Positions 10,714 to 20,668 are shown, counted from the stretch's first letter. The stretch is 64,000 nucleotides of DNA from Candidatus Woesebacteria bacterium (GCA_050123235.1 JASFHL010000006.1:1707-65706), one strand, 5' to 3'. Numbers and translations: made by a program. The notes: generated by a model not told the origin, from the sequence alone.

Positions 10714-11267
10714 TAGATAGTAAGTAGTTCCTTTTCCTTCTTTTTAGCAATCTCTTCAAGTTGCTCCATATATTCTTTAAAAGACTTTTCCATATCTTCA
10801 AGATCCCTTTCAATATCATCCTCACTTATCCCAGTTCCTCCTTTTTGATCTTCAATTTGCTTTTTTATTTCAGTTCTAACTGATCTGAGCATTGTTTTAG
10901 CATTTTCAATCTTTTGTTGTAAAGTTTTAACCATCTCTTTACGTCTCTCTTCAGTCAATTGTGGCACAACAATTCTAATTTTATCTCCATCAACCACTGG
11001 ATTAAGATTTAAATCAGAGCTATTAATTGCTTTTTCTAAATCTGCAATAATATTTTTATCCCAAGGGGTAATTACTAAAAGATTGGCATCAGGTATGCTG
11101 ACATTAGCTAATTCAGGAATTTTCATTTTACTGCCATAAACTTCAACCACTACAGGATCTAATAACTGTACTGAAGCTTTGCCTGTTCTCAAACTGGCAA
11201 TGTCTTTCTTAACATGCGTTAAAACTTTTTCTGCTTTTTGTCCAAGAAGGGTTTGATCATATGGCAT
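10713..11267 (-). CDS. frr: Ribosome recycling factor
   Basis: LRTGKA, ITPWD, LNP..DG, VPQLTEERRKE. Confidence 0.96.
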   Translation of the reverse strand: MPYDQTLLGQKAEKVLTHVKKDIASLRTGKASVQLLDPVVVEVYGSKMKIPELANVSIPDANLLVITPWDKNIIADLEKAINSSDLNLNPVVDGDKIRIVVPQLTEERRKEMVKTLQQKIENAKTMLRSVRTEIKKQIEDQKGGTGISEDDIERDLEDMEKSFKEYMEQLEEIAKKKEKELLTI

Positions 11268-11317
11268 ATATCAGTAATTCTACCAAAATAAAACAAAATC
11301 TACTATACTCTCCACAA

Positions 11318-12187
11318 ATGCAAATAAAAACATTTCTCAGAACTTTAATCAAAACTTTCACTACTCCTGAATACTATTTAGAAATTATTAAAAAACCAAT
11401 TAGTTTTTCATTCATATTTTTTTTACTTAGCTTTTTTATTTTTGGAATTATTTCAGCTATCAAATTTAATTATTTTATTTTGCCAAAATTGGAAAATCAT
11501 TTAATCACTACTCAAGAAGAAATCATTCAACATTACCCCAGCGAACTTATTATCAATTGGGATGGAGACAAATTATCAATCAACCAAGATGAGGATCTAG
11601 ATATAGATTATCCTAGTTTTGTAAATAAAGAAATTCTGACTTTAGCACCCCAGTTGGCAAGTATTAGTAAAAAAGAATTAGCAGAAACCGATATAGAAAA
11701 CTTAGATCAAAATTTTTTACTGATCTTCAGTTCTGATTATCTTTTTCTTAATCAAGATAATAAATGGCAAAGCATCGAATTAAAGACACTACCTTTATTC
11801 CAAGAAAAATTTCAAATTAGACAAGATAATTTGCCAGAGATATTGAGTCAAATCCAATCAAGCTTAGAAAAGATATTTTCTATGTTAAAAAAGTTTTCTT
11901 ATCTGCTTATTCCTAGCATTCTCATTATTTCCAGAATTTGGATTATAGTTTTGGATTGCTTTTTTATCTTTATATTTGGCAAAATCGTTGGCTTAAAACT
12001 AGCTTATAAAAAAATCTTTCAATGGGGCCTGCATATTGTAGTCATTGCTGAATTTATCAATCAAGTTAGCAAAGTTATTTATAAAAATCTAACTTTACCA
12101 ATGTTTTCACTGGCTTTTTGGGGAATTTTTCTTTACCTATTTTTTAATTTAAGAAAAAAACTCAGCTCTAAGCTTACAGTAGAATAA
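11318..12187 (+). CDS. Multi-pass membrane protein, DUF1189-like (start re-called to MQIKT)
   Basis: One N-terminal TM, an external loop, three C-terminal TMs. TATACT lies 8 nt before ATG 11318; the track start at 11261 overlaps frr. Confidence 0.65.
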   Translation: MQIKTFLRTLIKTFTTPEYYLEIIKKPISFSFIFFLLSFFIFGIISAIKFNYFILPKLENHLITTQEEIIQHYPSELIINWDGDKLSINQDEDLDIDYPSFVNKEILTLAPQLASISKKELAETDIENLDQNFLLIFSSDYLFLNQDNKWQSIELKTLPLFQEKFQIRQDNLPEILSQIQSSLEKIFSMLKKFSYLLIPSILIISRIWIIVLDCFFIFIFGKIVGLKLAYKKIFQWGLHIVVIAEFINQVSKVIYKNLTLPMFSLAFWGIFLYLFFNLRKKLSSKLTVE

Positions 12188-12194
12188 AAACTAT

Positions 12195-12779
12195 TCAGTT
12201 GGCAGCCAAATAATCTTTTAATTTTCTTAAAGCCTTAGCCCGATGACTAAGTTTATTTTTAATTTTTAATCCCATCTGAGCTAAAGTTTTTTGATAACCC
12301 TCAGGAATAAAAATTGCATCATAGCCAAAACCCTCGCTTCCTAATTCTTGCTTACTAATTTTTCCTGACATCTCTCCTTGGAAATATTTGGCTTCTGCTT
12401 TTTTAGGATCATATAGACAAATTACAGTCACAAAACTAGCTTGACGCTTTTTAAGATCCTTTGTTTTTCTCAACAATGCTTGATTGCGTTCACTATCATT
12501 ACCTTCAAACCAACGATGAGAATTCACCCCTGGAAAGCCATGCAAAGCCTTTATTTTCAAACCCGTATCATCAGCTATTGTCACTAGGCCTGTCAATTCA
12601 GCAAAAGTTTTGGCTTTAAGTAAAGCATTACCATTAAGAGTTTTAGCAGTCTCTGCTACTTCCAAGGAATCAGATTGAGGAAATTCAGTTGGAGAACGTA
12701 AAGTAATAGGTAAATCCGCTAAAATTGATTTTACCTCTGTTAACTTGCCTTGATTATTGCTGGCAAAAAGAATATCCAC
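12195..12779 (-). CDS. rdgB: Non-canonical purine NTP pyrophosphatase (RdgB/HAM1)
   Basis: ASNNQGK, NALLKA, ADDTGL, GFGYD, SHR. Confidence 0.95.
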   Translation of the reverse strand: MDILFASNNQGKLTEVKSILADLPITLRSPTEFPQSDSLEVAETAKTLNGNALLKAKTFAELTGLVTIADDTGLKIKALHGFPGVNSHRWFEGNDSERNQALLRKTKDLKKRQASFVTVICLYDPKKAEAKYFQGEMSGKISKQELGSEGFGYDAIFIPEGYQKTLAQMGLKIKNKLSHRAKALRKLKDYLAAN

Positions 12780-12781
12780 AA

Positions 12782-13078
12782 TTAAGACTTAGCTTCCCCC
12801 ATACCTTTCATCAGACCTCCCAAACCACCAGTCATAGATTGCAATTTTTTAGCTGCTAATTCTTGAGATTGTTTGATCGCTTTATTAAGCACTTTAACTG
12901 CATCTTGGCTAGTTACTCCTTGAACTGAAAATTGTTTTATTTCTTGTGCTCCAGAAATTTCAACTACAATATCACCTTCTTCAATTCTAATTATTTCAGC
13001 AGCTAAATCTTGTTGCATTTTTTTAGCTTGTTTTCTCAAATTATTTAGATCGCCAAGTGCTTTAAATGGGTTTGCCAT
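12782..13078 (-). CDS. ybaB: YbaB/EbfC nucleoid-associated protein
   Basis: QAKKMQ, C-terminal MTGG; canonical position after dnaX. Confidence 0.85.
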   Translation of the reverse strand: MANPFKALGDLNNLRKQAKKMQQDLAAEIIRIEEGDIVVEISGAQEIKQFSVQGVTSQDAVKVLNKAIKQSQELAAKKLQSMTGGLGGLMKGMGEAKS

Positions 13079-13115
13079 ATTAACTCCTTCTATATTAGAT
13101 AATAATTAAATTTTA

Positions 13116-14672
13116 CTACATCAATACTTCTTCGGCTAGCTCAGCTAAATCATTTTTTTCAAAATCCGCAATTTTAGTCTCTGAAGCAGTTTTTATTAAA
13201 TTAAATTCAAACTGAACTCTTTCTCCAAATAACTTTTCGCTACAAGCCTCAATTACTGATAAAAATCTTGGTTCCTGTAGCTGTTCCTGATGAAATTTAT
13301 AATAAACATTGATCAAAGCTTTGCCATTGGAATTAGCATCAGGTTTGCCAGAACGTAGTAAAGCTGCTAAAGCTGAATTTTCATTAGCAACCATTTCCAG
13401 AAATTCTTCCCAACGATCAAAAAGTAAGTGGCTAATTTGAGAAACAGAGGAAGATACGACTTTTTCAGTTTTATTATCTTTTTTTGAAAATGATTCTTTT
13501 TTTAATGTTGTATTTTGGGCTCTGAGCTGCTTTTTGCTTTTCACTTCAGGAGAACTTTTAGACTTCTTCTTACCTTCATCTCCTGCTTGTTTTTTTGATT
13601 TAAAAATCAATTCCAAAAGAGCTATTTCCAAACTTAAAAAAGGAATAGGCGAGCTTGTCTGTAAATCAATTTTTAACAAATAATTAAGTAAAAATAGTGC
13701 CACTTCTTGTTTAAGAAAAGCTTGACCTTTTTTAACTCCTAAGCTCTGCATTAAACTTGAGTGTAAAAAATCAAAAAGAGTTCTATAAAAAAACTTCTGA
13801 TCAGTGTTAGCTAACCTTAATTCTTCAATCAAGCTTGCTAGTTTTGATTCATCTTTAGCTAAAACAGCTTCAATCAAATTAATTACTTTGAGTTCATAGG
13901 AAATACCAAAAACTTTTTCCACATTTTTTTTGCTAAGTTGATTGTTGATAGTAGCTAATTCCAAAAGCTTAACAGCATCTCTAAAACTACCGTCAGCTCT
14001 TTTTGCTAATAAATCTACGGCTTCTTGTTCAAAACTCACATTTTCGGATTTTAAGACTCTAATTAAACAGTGTTCAATTTCTTGAAGAGTAGCTTTTCTA
14101 AAATTCAAAAGCGTGCAGCGAGAAACAACGGTTGACGGAATTTTATGTAGCTCTGTAGTAGCCAAAATAAAAATACTATGCTGTGGTGGTTCTTCAAGCA
14201 GCTTGAGTAGAGCATTAAAAGCTTCATTAGTCAACATATGAGCTTCATCCAGAATATAAACTGACATTTTAGCTCCTTGAGGTGGCAAGCTAACTCTTTC
14301 TTTTAAAGCTCGAATATCATCAATTCCTCGATTGCTAGCGGCATCCATTTCTTGAACTACATACGAGCTACCCTCAAAAATTTTTTGAGCTAAATCAGTT
14401 TTATTACTGGCTTCACTCAAGGCTATGGTTTTTACTTTTTTACCTTTAAAAAACAAATAATCAACTTGAGCTTCATTTTTCTTTTCGTTGAGAATAGCAG
14501 CAATAATCCTGGCAGTAGAAGTTTTACCCGTTCCCTTAGGACCAGCAAATAACATCACCTGTGGCAACTTGCCACTTTGCAACATCTTCAAAAGACTTTC
14601 TCTAATATTAGTCAGATCAAGATCTTTGATTTTTTTTGGTCGGTGTTTACGATACCAAGACATATAAATCAA
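13116..14672 (-). CDS. dnaX: DNA polymerase III subunit gamma/tau
   Basis: YRKHRP, GPKGTGKTS, EMDAASNRG, DEAHML, NALLK.LEEPP, SRC. Confidence 0.96.
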   Translation of the reverse strand: MIYMSWYRKHRPKKIKDLDLTNIRESLLKMLQSGKLPQVMLFAGPKGTGKTSTARIIAAILNEKKNEAQVDYLFFKGKKVKTIALSEASNKTDLAQKIFEGSSYVVQEMDAASNRGIDDIRALKERVSLPPQGAKMSVYILDEAHMLTNEAFNALLKLLEEPPQHSIFILATTELHKIPSTVVSRCTLLNFRKATLQEIEHCLIRVLKSENVSFEQEAVDLLAKRADGSFRDAVKLLELATINNQLSKKNVEKVFGISYELKVINLIEAVLAKDESKLASLIEELRLANTDQKFFYRTLFDFLHSSLMQSLGVKKGQAFLKQEVALFLLNYLLKIDLQTSSPIPFLSLEIALLELIFKSKKQAGDEGKKKSKSSPEVKSKKQLRAQNTTLKKESFSKKDNKTEKVVSSSVSQISHLLFDRWEEFLEMVANENSALAALLRSGKPDANSNGKALINVYYKFHQEQLQEPRFLSVIEACSEKLFGERVQFEFNLIKTASETKIADFEKNDLAELAEEVLM

Positions 14673-15058
14673 TCATGATGATAACCCATCAAATGCATTA
14701 AGCCGTGTTTCAAATAAAAGCATATCTGATCATCAACCATTTTGCCATAGCGTTTTGCTGTTTTCACAGCTTCAGGGAAACTAATAAAAATATCACCTAG
14801 ATGAATCAATTGATCTTTTGGCTGAGGAAAATTGTCTAATTTTTTATTTTTGAACATAGGAAAAGACAATACGTCAGTTGCTCCTTTACGTTTGAGTTTA
14901 CTTTCATTAAGCAGTTTCATTTTTCTCTGTCCAACTACTGCCACATCGATCTCTACATTGTCGAGCTTGTTTTCCTTGAGCAAATCTTGTGCAGCCATCT
15001 TAATTTTTTTTCTATCAACTAAGTATCTAGAACCTACTAGTAAATTTATTTTAATCAT
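14669..15058 (-). CDS. ybeY: rRNA maturation endonuclease YbeY
   Basis: TDVLSF, LGDI, HGLMHLMGYHH. Confidence 0.93.
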   Translation of the reverse strand: MIKINLLVGSRYLVDRKKIKMAAQDLLKENKLDNVEIDVAVVGQRKMKLLNESKLKRKGATDVLSFPMFKNKKLDNFPQPKDQLIHLGDIFISFPEAVKTAKRYGKMVDDQICFYLKHGLMHLMGYHHD

Positions 15059-15093
15059 AGTAATGATTTTATTAAACTAATTTGAAGAGTTAA

Positions 15094-16608
15094 TTAATTA
15101 GAGTTATTGAGCTGTTTAACTGCACCTATAAATAAAATGTCATTATTATCTTTATTTAAAATTAAGAAAACAAAAGCTTTATTTACCTCCAACTCAAAAG
15201 CTTGATCAGTTTTAAATTCTTTGGTCGATGCTCCTAAAACCTGTTCCATTTCGGCATCAGTGACAGCAGTATTATCTGCTCCAGCTTCATCTATCTCTAT
15301 CAAGCTTTGGTGCATGACATTAGTCAAGGCTAGCTTTTTATCAGTCAGTTTTTTAAAATCCGCTTTTGAAGAAAAAGCTAGCTTAAGTCCAAGGGTTTCC
15401 AGAGCTTCTTTTAATTCTGTTTGATAACTGATATTAAATTTTGGTAAAGAAAAACTACCTTCTGTCTTAGCAAAATTTTCTAGCCAAGTATCTAAATTAC
15501 TTTGATTCAATTCAGAAAGAAAATCTTCTAGAGTATTTTTAGGTAAAAAGATATAAAGATTGAGATTTTTGTTTTTACCTAAAGGCAAAGCAACTGCCTG
15601 AAAAGCAGAGCTATCCAAATACATAAAGTCTTCTCTATACTGATTCATAAATGGAATCTTCTGACTTGAACCATCAACAGCAGTAAAATCTTTCTCTTGA
15701 TTAAGCTTTTTATCAAAACCATAAGTCCACAAGCCCTTAAAGGCAACAAGATTAGCCACATAAACTTGAGTGTCAGTTGCAGCTTGCACCTCTAGCTGAC
15801 TAGCATTTTCAGCTCCTAAACTTTCTTTTCTCCAGGCATCAATAGTTTTAACAGCATTTGGTCCAGCAAAATCAAGATTTTCAGCTTTAGCACCATAATA
15901 TTGTCTATTTGCTTCCAAAAACTCAGCCTTGAAATCAGCACCTTGCTGTGCCCAAACCGCATTAGCCAAATTTATTTTTATCTCTGGATCAGCGTTTTGA
16001 ATAAAGGCGATCAACTTAGCACTACCTTGATTAAGCTGAGTTAAGTCCATGCCTTTGATATTCAATCCTTCAGCAATTTCATCTTGAGTTTGATTGTTAG
16101 CACCGTTATTGAGCATTGAGAGAACCAGTGCGATGCTAGAAGGAGAAATAAAAACATTTTGATCTTGTTTTAAGGTAAGAACTTTAAAAAGATTAAGACC
16201 AAAAGAATTAAAAGCCAAGGGGAGATCACGAGTCTCTTGGTATTGTTTTTTATCATAAGTCACTTCTTTGGGTGTCGGCAAAACCGGAGGAATAGCTACA
16301 CTTTTATCAACTTGCTTACTTTTCCAGTCTTGATAGACATTCCAAGCTGCGAAGCAAAGAATAGCTAGTACAGCTAATAAAGCTACTATAGATATTAACT
16401 TGAAGACTGTTGGCTGTTGATCATTCTGTTGATTTATTTTTGCTTTCAAATCTGAGGCTTGAGGAGGTGGTTGAGTAGGGGGGCTAGGATCAGCTACAGG
16501 AAAAGTTTGATCTACATTATCATTGACAGCACTCATAGTTGGTGGAAGCTGACTTTGCTTAGCTACAGGCTGTTGTTTGGCATTAAAAACTGTATTTTCT
16601 TCTGACAT
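15094..16608 (-). CDS. Membrane-anchored serpin-family protein
   Basis: P/Q-rich N-tail and TM helix, then serpin core: NVFISPSSI, LANAVW, FKGLW, LPKF, FSSKADF, EIDEAG, NKAFVFLI..ILFIG. Confidence 0.9.
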   Translation of the reverse strand: MSEENTVFNAKQQPVAKQSQLPPTMSAVNDNVDQTFPVADPSPPTQPPPQASDLKAKINQQNDQQPTVFKLISIVALLAVLAILCFAAWNVYQDWKSKQVDKSVAIPPVLPTPKEVTYDKKQYQETRDLPLAFNSFGLNLFKVLTLKQDQNVFISPSSIALVLSMLNNGANNQTQDEIAEGLNIKGMDLTQLNQGSAKLIAFIQNADPEIKINLANAVWAQQGADFKAEFLEANRQYYGAKAENLDFAGPNAVKTIDAWRKESLGAENASQLEVQAATDTQVYVANLVAFKGLWTYGFDKKLNQEKDFTAVDGSSQKIPFMNQYREDFMYLDSSAFQAVALPLGKNKNLNLYIFLPKNTLEDFLSELNQSNLDTWLENFAKTEGSFSLPKFNISYQTELKEALETLGLKLAFSSKADFKKLTDKKLALTNVMHQSLIEIDEAGADNTAVTDAEMEQVLGASTKEFKTDQAFELEVNKAFVFLILNKDNNDILFIGAVKQLNNSN

Positions 16609-16668
16609 AAATCTATCCTAGCAGATTTTAACTCGAAGGTGAAAGCGGAAAAAATTGTCAAAGCTTTC

Positions 16669-16956
16669 TTAGACCACTGTCTGAACTTCTTTGGCTTTAA
16701 CTAGTTTTAAAAATTCCTCAAAATCAATCTCGAATCTCTCCAGAACTACCTTTAATCTTTTAGTAGTTTTTGCTGAATCAGCTTGTCCTTCTTTAGATAG
16801 CTCATGAAGCGAACTTAAAAGCTCAGTTAGTTTTACTTTAGCTTTCGCAGCCAACTCCATCAGAGCAGCTAAAACTGCAAAATCTTGCTCTGTCAATTGA
16901 TCTGCTACTGGTTCTACTTCAGCTGGATTGATATTTTTTAAAGTTTCATCTGTCAT
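16669..16956 (-). CDS. Hypothetical protein
   Basis: 95-aa helical ORF co-oriented with neighbours. Confidence 0.6.
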   Translation of the reverse strand: MTDETLKNINPAEVEPVADQLTEQDFAVLAALMELAAKAKVKLTELLSSLHELSKEGQADSAKTTKRLKVVLERFEIDFEEFLKLVKAKEVQTVV

Positions 16957-16989
16957 GTTTTAATTCTTAATTAATAATTGAATAAAATT

Positions 16990-17925
16990 TTAAGCTTTAG
17001 CCAAAGCGCTTGTTTCAGATTTTCTCTTCCAATTTAAATCTATCACCCCTAGCGGCACTTCATCATTTGGATCATCTACAAAAAACAAAATAACTTTACC
17101 ACGGCTTTTTGGACTCCAAATTTTTCCCTCTCTAATCACTTCAGGAGAGCCACCAAACTGTTTTTTCACCCACTGGGCTGGACCAGCATCAGCAACCACT
17201 CCCACAACTGCTAATTCTTCATTAGGGTTAATTACTATCATTTTGCGAAATTTATACCAAGGTTTTAACTCTTTATAATTAGTATTCCAATCTGGTAAAT
17301 ACAAAGTCTGTACAGCAAAATAATATTTTTCTCTTTGAATATCTTGCTCAGTTAATTCCATATTTTGACTAAACCAACCAAAAGCTCCTCTATTTTCAGC
17401 TAAGCCTGCTTCCAAATAAGCATCATGCTGAGCCAAAGTATCTGTGGGAAATCTTTTTAAATGTTGCTCTCCTCCCATAATCCCAATGCTATGATTAAGC
17501 CTATGACTGTCAAGCTCAGCAGTGACCTCAAACCCCAAAATATCATTTAATTGTTGTTCCAAATAAAGTTCATCTTCTTTTGCTAAGTGTCCAGCCTCTA
17601 TATTAACAAAGCTAATCATTTTATTAATCACCTCTTGATGTTCTTCTTCATTCAATTGAGCAAGACTTTTATCTCCTGTTTCCTCCTCTACTAGCTGAAT
17701 TTGTTCTTCTATCTGAGCTTCAACTGGTTGGCTAACAATCACCTGCCCAGCAAGAGAAACTGCAGCCATCAATTGTTGAGTCAAATCTTTGAGATCTTCC
17801 AATTCCAAGGAGTTTTTTTTCAACCAAACTGATAATTCTTGATGTTTATCCAAAAAATTTTGTTTAATTTTTTGATAAGAAGATTGAACTTTATTTGACT
17901 GGGCAGTTTTTTTGACAGTAGTCAT
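16990..17925 (-). CDS. Hypothetical protein with probable C-terminal double-psi beta-barrel (RlpA/3D-like) domain
   Basis: VVGVVADAGPA..FGGS resembles the RlpA V.V.DRGP..DLS motif; translationally coupled to gltX. Confidence 0.6.
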   Translation of the reverse strand: MTTVKKTAQSNKVQSSYQKIKQNFLDKHQELSVWLKKNSLELEDLKDLTQQLMAAVSLAGQVIVSQPVEAQIEEQIQLVEEETGDKSLAQLNEEEHQEVINKMISFVNIEAGHLAKEDELYLEQQLNDILGFEVTAELDSHRLNHSIGIMGGEQHLKRFPTDTLAQHDAYLEAGLAENRGAFGWFSQNMELTEQDIQREKYYFAVQTLYLPDWNTNYKELKPWYKFRKMIVINPNEELAVVGVVADAGPAQWVKKQFGGSPEVIREGKIWSPKSRGKVILFFVDDPNDEVPLGVIDLNWKRKSETSALAKA

Positions 17926-19454
17926 TATTGTGTTTTTAAAAATCTAATTGCAGTCTCAATTCTACTAAAACTTTTGTCTTTTCCCAGAACCTCCATCAAC
18001 TCATACAAAGGTGGCGTAAATTTTCTAGCAGTAATAGCAGAACGCAAAGACATAAACAGGTCTTTATGTTTAAAATCAAAATCATCGGCACATTTTCTAA
18101 TTGTCGCCTCCCAAGTTTCTGGATTATAGTCGGTTAAATTCTCTAGTCTTTCTTTTACAGCTATTAAAATTTCAATTATTGTTTGTTTATCATGACCTTG
18201 TAATAAGTCTTCTAAATCATAAACTAATTTATTTAAATAATAAAAATCTAGTAGATCATGAAGTTCTGAAAAAACTTTCAGTCTTTCTTGAGCTAAAGCT
18301 AAAGCATTTTTAAAAAAATCTGCATCTTTTGCTATCCATTCTAAAATTCTTTTAGCCCCATCAATAATTTTCTCATCTGAGCCTTTTCCAGCTACCCATT
18401 CAGCCCAAGATTGAATTTCTTTGAACAAAAGATCTAACTCCTTTTTCCTAATATAAATTCCATTTAACCAATTCAATTTTTTAGTATCAAAGATAGGGCC
18501 AGTAATATTAAGCTGCTCCCACTCAAAGATCTCCATCATTTCTTCCTTAGTGAAAATTTCTCTTTGATCAGCAGGCTTCCATAATAAAAGAGCTAAAAAA
18601 TTTAACAAAGCATCTGCTAAGTAACCCTGCTCACGATACCACCATAATGAAGTATTCCCCTTTCTTTTTGATAATTTAGATCTATCTGGATTTCTCAAAA
18701 CAGGGGTATGAAGCATTACTGGTGGCTGCCAGCCAAAGTATTCATAAAGTAAAATATGTTTGGGAGCACTAGGTAACCACTCTTCACCACGTTTCATATG
18801 AGTAATTTCCATCAAGTGATCATCAACTACCACTGCTAGATGATAAGTTGGAAAAGCGTCAGATTTTAGTAAAACTTGATCATCCACAATATTACTATCA
18901 AATTCTACTTCACCTCGCAAAACATCATGAACAATAATTTTCTGATCATCTGGAACTTTAAGTCTAATCACAGCTTTTTCCCCTTTGCTCAAATGTTCTT
19001 CAACTTCCTTCTTAGTTAAAGATCGACATTTTCTATCATACTTTGGTGGAATACCCTCTTTTTGTTGTTGCTTTCTCATCTTAGCCAAACGCTCTGCTGA
19101 ACAAAAACAATAATAAGCTTTATCTTTATCAATTAATTCTTGAGCGTATTTTTGATAAATAGCCAATCTTTCTGATTGACGATAAGGAGCATATGGACCA
19201 CCTACTTTAGGACTCTCATCAGGATTTAATGCTAACCAATCTAAGGCTTCATGAATTGTCTCTTCACTGCCTTCAACATAGCGTTTTCTATCTGTATCTT
19301 CTATTCTAAGAATAAATTTCCCTTGATAACGACGGGCAAAAACCCAATTAAATAAAACTTGAAAAGCAGTTCCCACATGAGGATAACCCGTTGGGGAAGG
19401 AGCTTCCCGAGTTCTAACTTTGCCAATTAATTTTTTATTTCTTGTATCTAGCAT
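17925..19454 (-). CDS. gltX: Glutamate--tRNA ligase
   Basis: APSPTG.PHVG, LRIEDTD, YYCFC, PTYHLAVVVDD, RGEEW, KLSKR. Confidence 0.97.
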   Translation of the reverse strand: MLDTRNKKLIGKVRTREAPSPTGYPHVGTAFQVLFNWVFARRYQGKFILRIEDTDRKRYVEGSEETIHEALDWLALNPDESPKVGGPYAPYRQSERLAIYQKYAQELIDKDKAYYCFCSAERLAKMRKQQQKEGIPPKYDRKCRSLTKKEVEEHLSKGEKAVIRLKVPDDQKIIVHDVLRGEVEFDSNIVDDQVLLKSDAFPTYHLAVVVDDHLMEITHMKRGEEWLPSAPKHILLYEYFGWQPPVMLHTPVLRNPDRSKLSKRKGNTSLWWYREQGYLADALLNFLALLLWKPADQREIFTKEEMMEIFEWEQLNITGPIFDTKKLNWLNGIYIRKKELDLLFKEIQSWAEWVAGKGSDEKIIDGAKRILEWIAKDADFFKNALALAQERLKVFSELHDLLDFYYLNKLVYDLEDLLQGHDKQTIIEILIAVKERLENLTDYNPETWEATIRKCADDFDFKHKDLFMSLRSAITARKFTPPLYELMEVLGKDKSFSRIETAIRFLKTQ

Positions 19455-19460
19455 ATTAAT

Positions 19461-20537
19461 TTAATCAGCCACAACTCTTGGATCTAGAGCAGGCACATAG
19501 CCTAAGAAAGCATCATCGCCTTCAAAAACAAAAATGGGTTGTAAGTATTCTTGCTCTACAAAAGAATCAAAATAAGCTAAGTAAACATTTCTAATCACAG
19601 CTTCTTCCAATTTTTGATCACTTAAAGTAAAACCCTCCCCAGCTTGTAATAATTTCCAGGCCTCCTGAGGACTTCTTAAAGGATAAGTTTCAACTGTCAA
19701 GTAATCAATTGCCTGGTAATTATACTCCATCTGTAAAATAGCATCGTTTCCTCTTAAAACACCGGTAATGATAGCCGTAATTGTTCCTTTATACCCCCCA
19801 GGGGTATACATTCTAAATTCACCATCAATAGGATAGCGGTTAAGATCAACTTTCACAAAATCTGCATCCGACAAAGACACAGCTTCTTCCAATTCTGAGC
19901 CTAATGATTTCAAATAACTAATATCACCTGAACTAGTAGCCACATCTTCTGGTAACAAATTAGCTGATCTTAAAAAAGTTTTTAGCAAATTAACTGATTC
20001 AAAGTCATCTGGCAAATTTTTATTCAAAATTAAATCTGGTCTAGACAAATAATCAGTTTTAAAAACAAAATGCATATTTTGAATATCCAAATCAAAAGTA
20101 GATTCCAAAGGTTCTGATCTAGTCCAACGATAAGTTCTTTCATCTAAAACTTGAGGTTCAAAAACAAAATTGTATATCTGAGCCACTCTTCTTGCTTCTT
20201 GATCTGCTAACAAGCTAGGAGCGGACTTTAGAGCTAAAAATACCTTGGCTCTATCACCAAATGAAGGAAAACTAGCTGTTGCTAATTCTAAACGATATGA
20301 TTTTGGCACTTGATCTGGATCCTGTTCGGGAAAGACAATGGCTGGTAGTTTCCCAAAACCCATAGTCGGAGGGGGGGGTGGTTCTGGATGTATAGCTTTC
20401 CAAAAAGAAATAAAAGCAGATAAAAACATTCTGCCCACAATTAAAACAACTAAAGTGATAATGCTAAATTTGATAGTTTGTCTACCAATTCTAGCTACAT
20501 TGGTTAAAGTTGGGGCAGAAGAATCAGTAGCTGGCAT
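19461..20537 (-). CDS. Single-TM exported hypothetical protein
   Basis: TM helix, PEPPPPP linker and beta-rich ectodomain; 6 nt upstream of gltX. Confidence 0.75.
   Translation of the reverse strand: MPATDSSAPTLTNVARIGRQTIKFSIITLVVLIVGRMFLSAFISFWKAIHPEPPPPPTMGFGKLPAIVFPEQDPDQVPKSYRLELATASFPSFGDRAKVFLALKSAPSLLADQEARRVAQIYNFVFEPQVLDERTYRWTRSEPLESTFDLDIQNMHFVFKTDYLSRPDLILNKNLPDDFESVNLLKTFLRSANLLPEDVATSSGDISYLKSLGSELEEAVSLSDADFVKVDLNRYPIDGEFRMYTPGGYKGTITAIITGVLRGNDAILQMEYNYQAIDYLTVETYPLRSPQEAWKLLQAGEGFTLSDQKLEEAVIRNVYLAYFDSFVEQEYLQPIFVFEGDDAFLGYVPALDPRVVAD
19791..19807. promoter_or_regulatory. Third, imperfect CsoR-type operator (intragenic, about 340 bp upstream of gltX)
   Basis: ATACCCCCCAGGGGTAT, one mismatch from the ATACCCCC-N-GGGGGTAT boxes at 42000 and 48716. 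Confidence 0.4.
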
Positions 20538-20668
20538 AGGATATGGAATTTATTATTTCAAGAATTATCATAGCTTATTTTTGCCTCAACAGTAAAGTTT
20601 TGTCTGTACTAATCTTATTTTATAATGCTTTATTAAAAAGATTGTTCAAAAAACTAAAAATTAAAGAA

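Noticed and set aside
13470-13600. Possible dnaX programmed -1 frameshift at A-runs
   Set aside because: A6-A7 runs are ubiquitous in this Lys-rich, AT-rich window, and no stimulatory hairpin or internal SD was evident.
20360-20390. G-run as a phase-variable tract
   Set aside because: It encodes the in-frame poly-Pro linker on the minus strand and the gene is intact.
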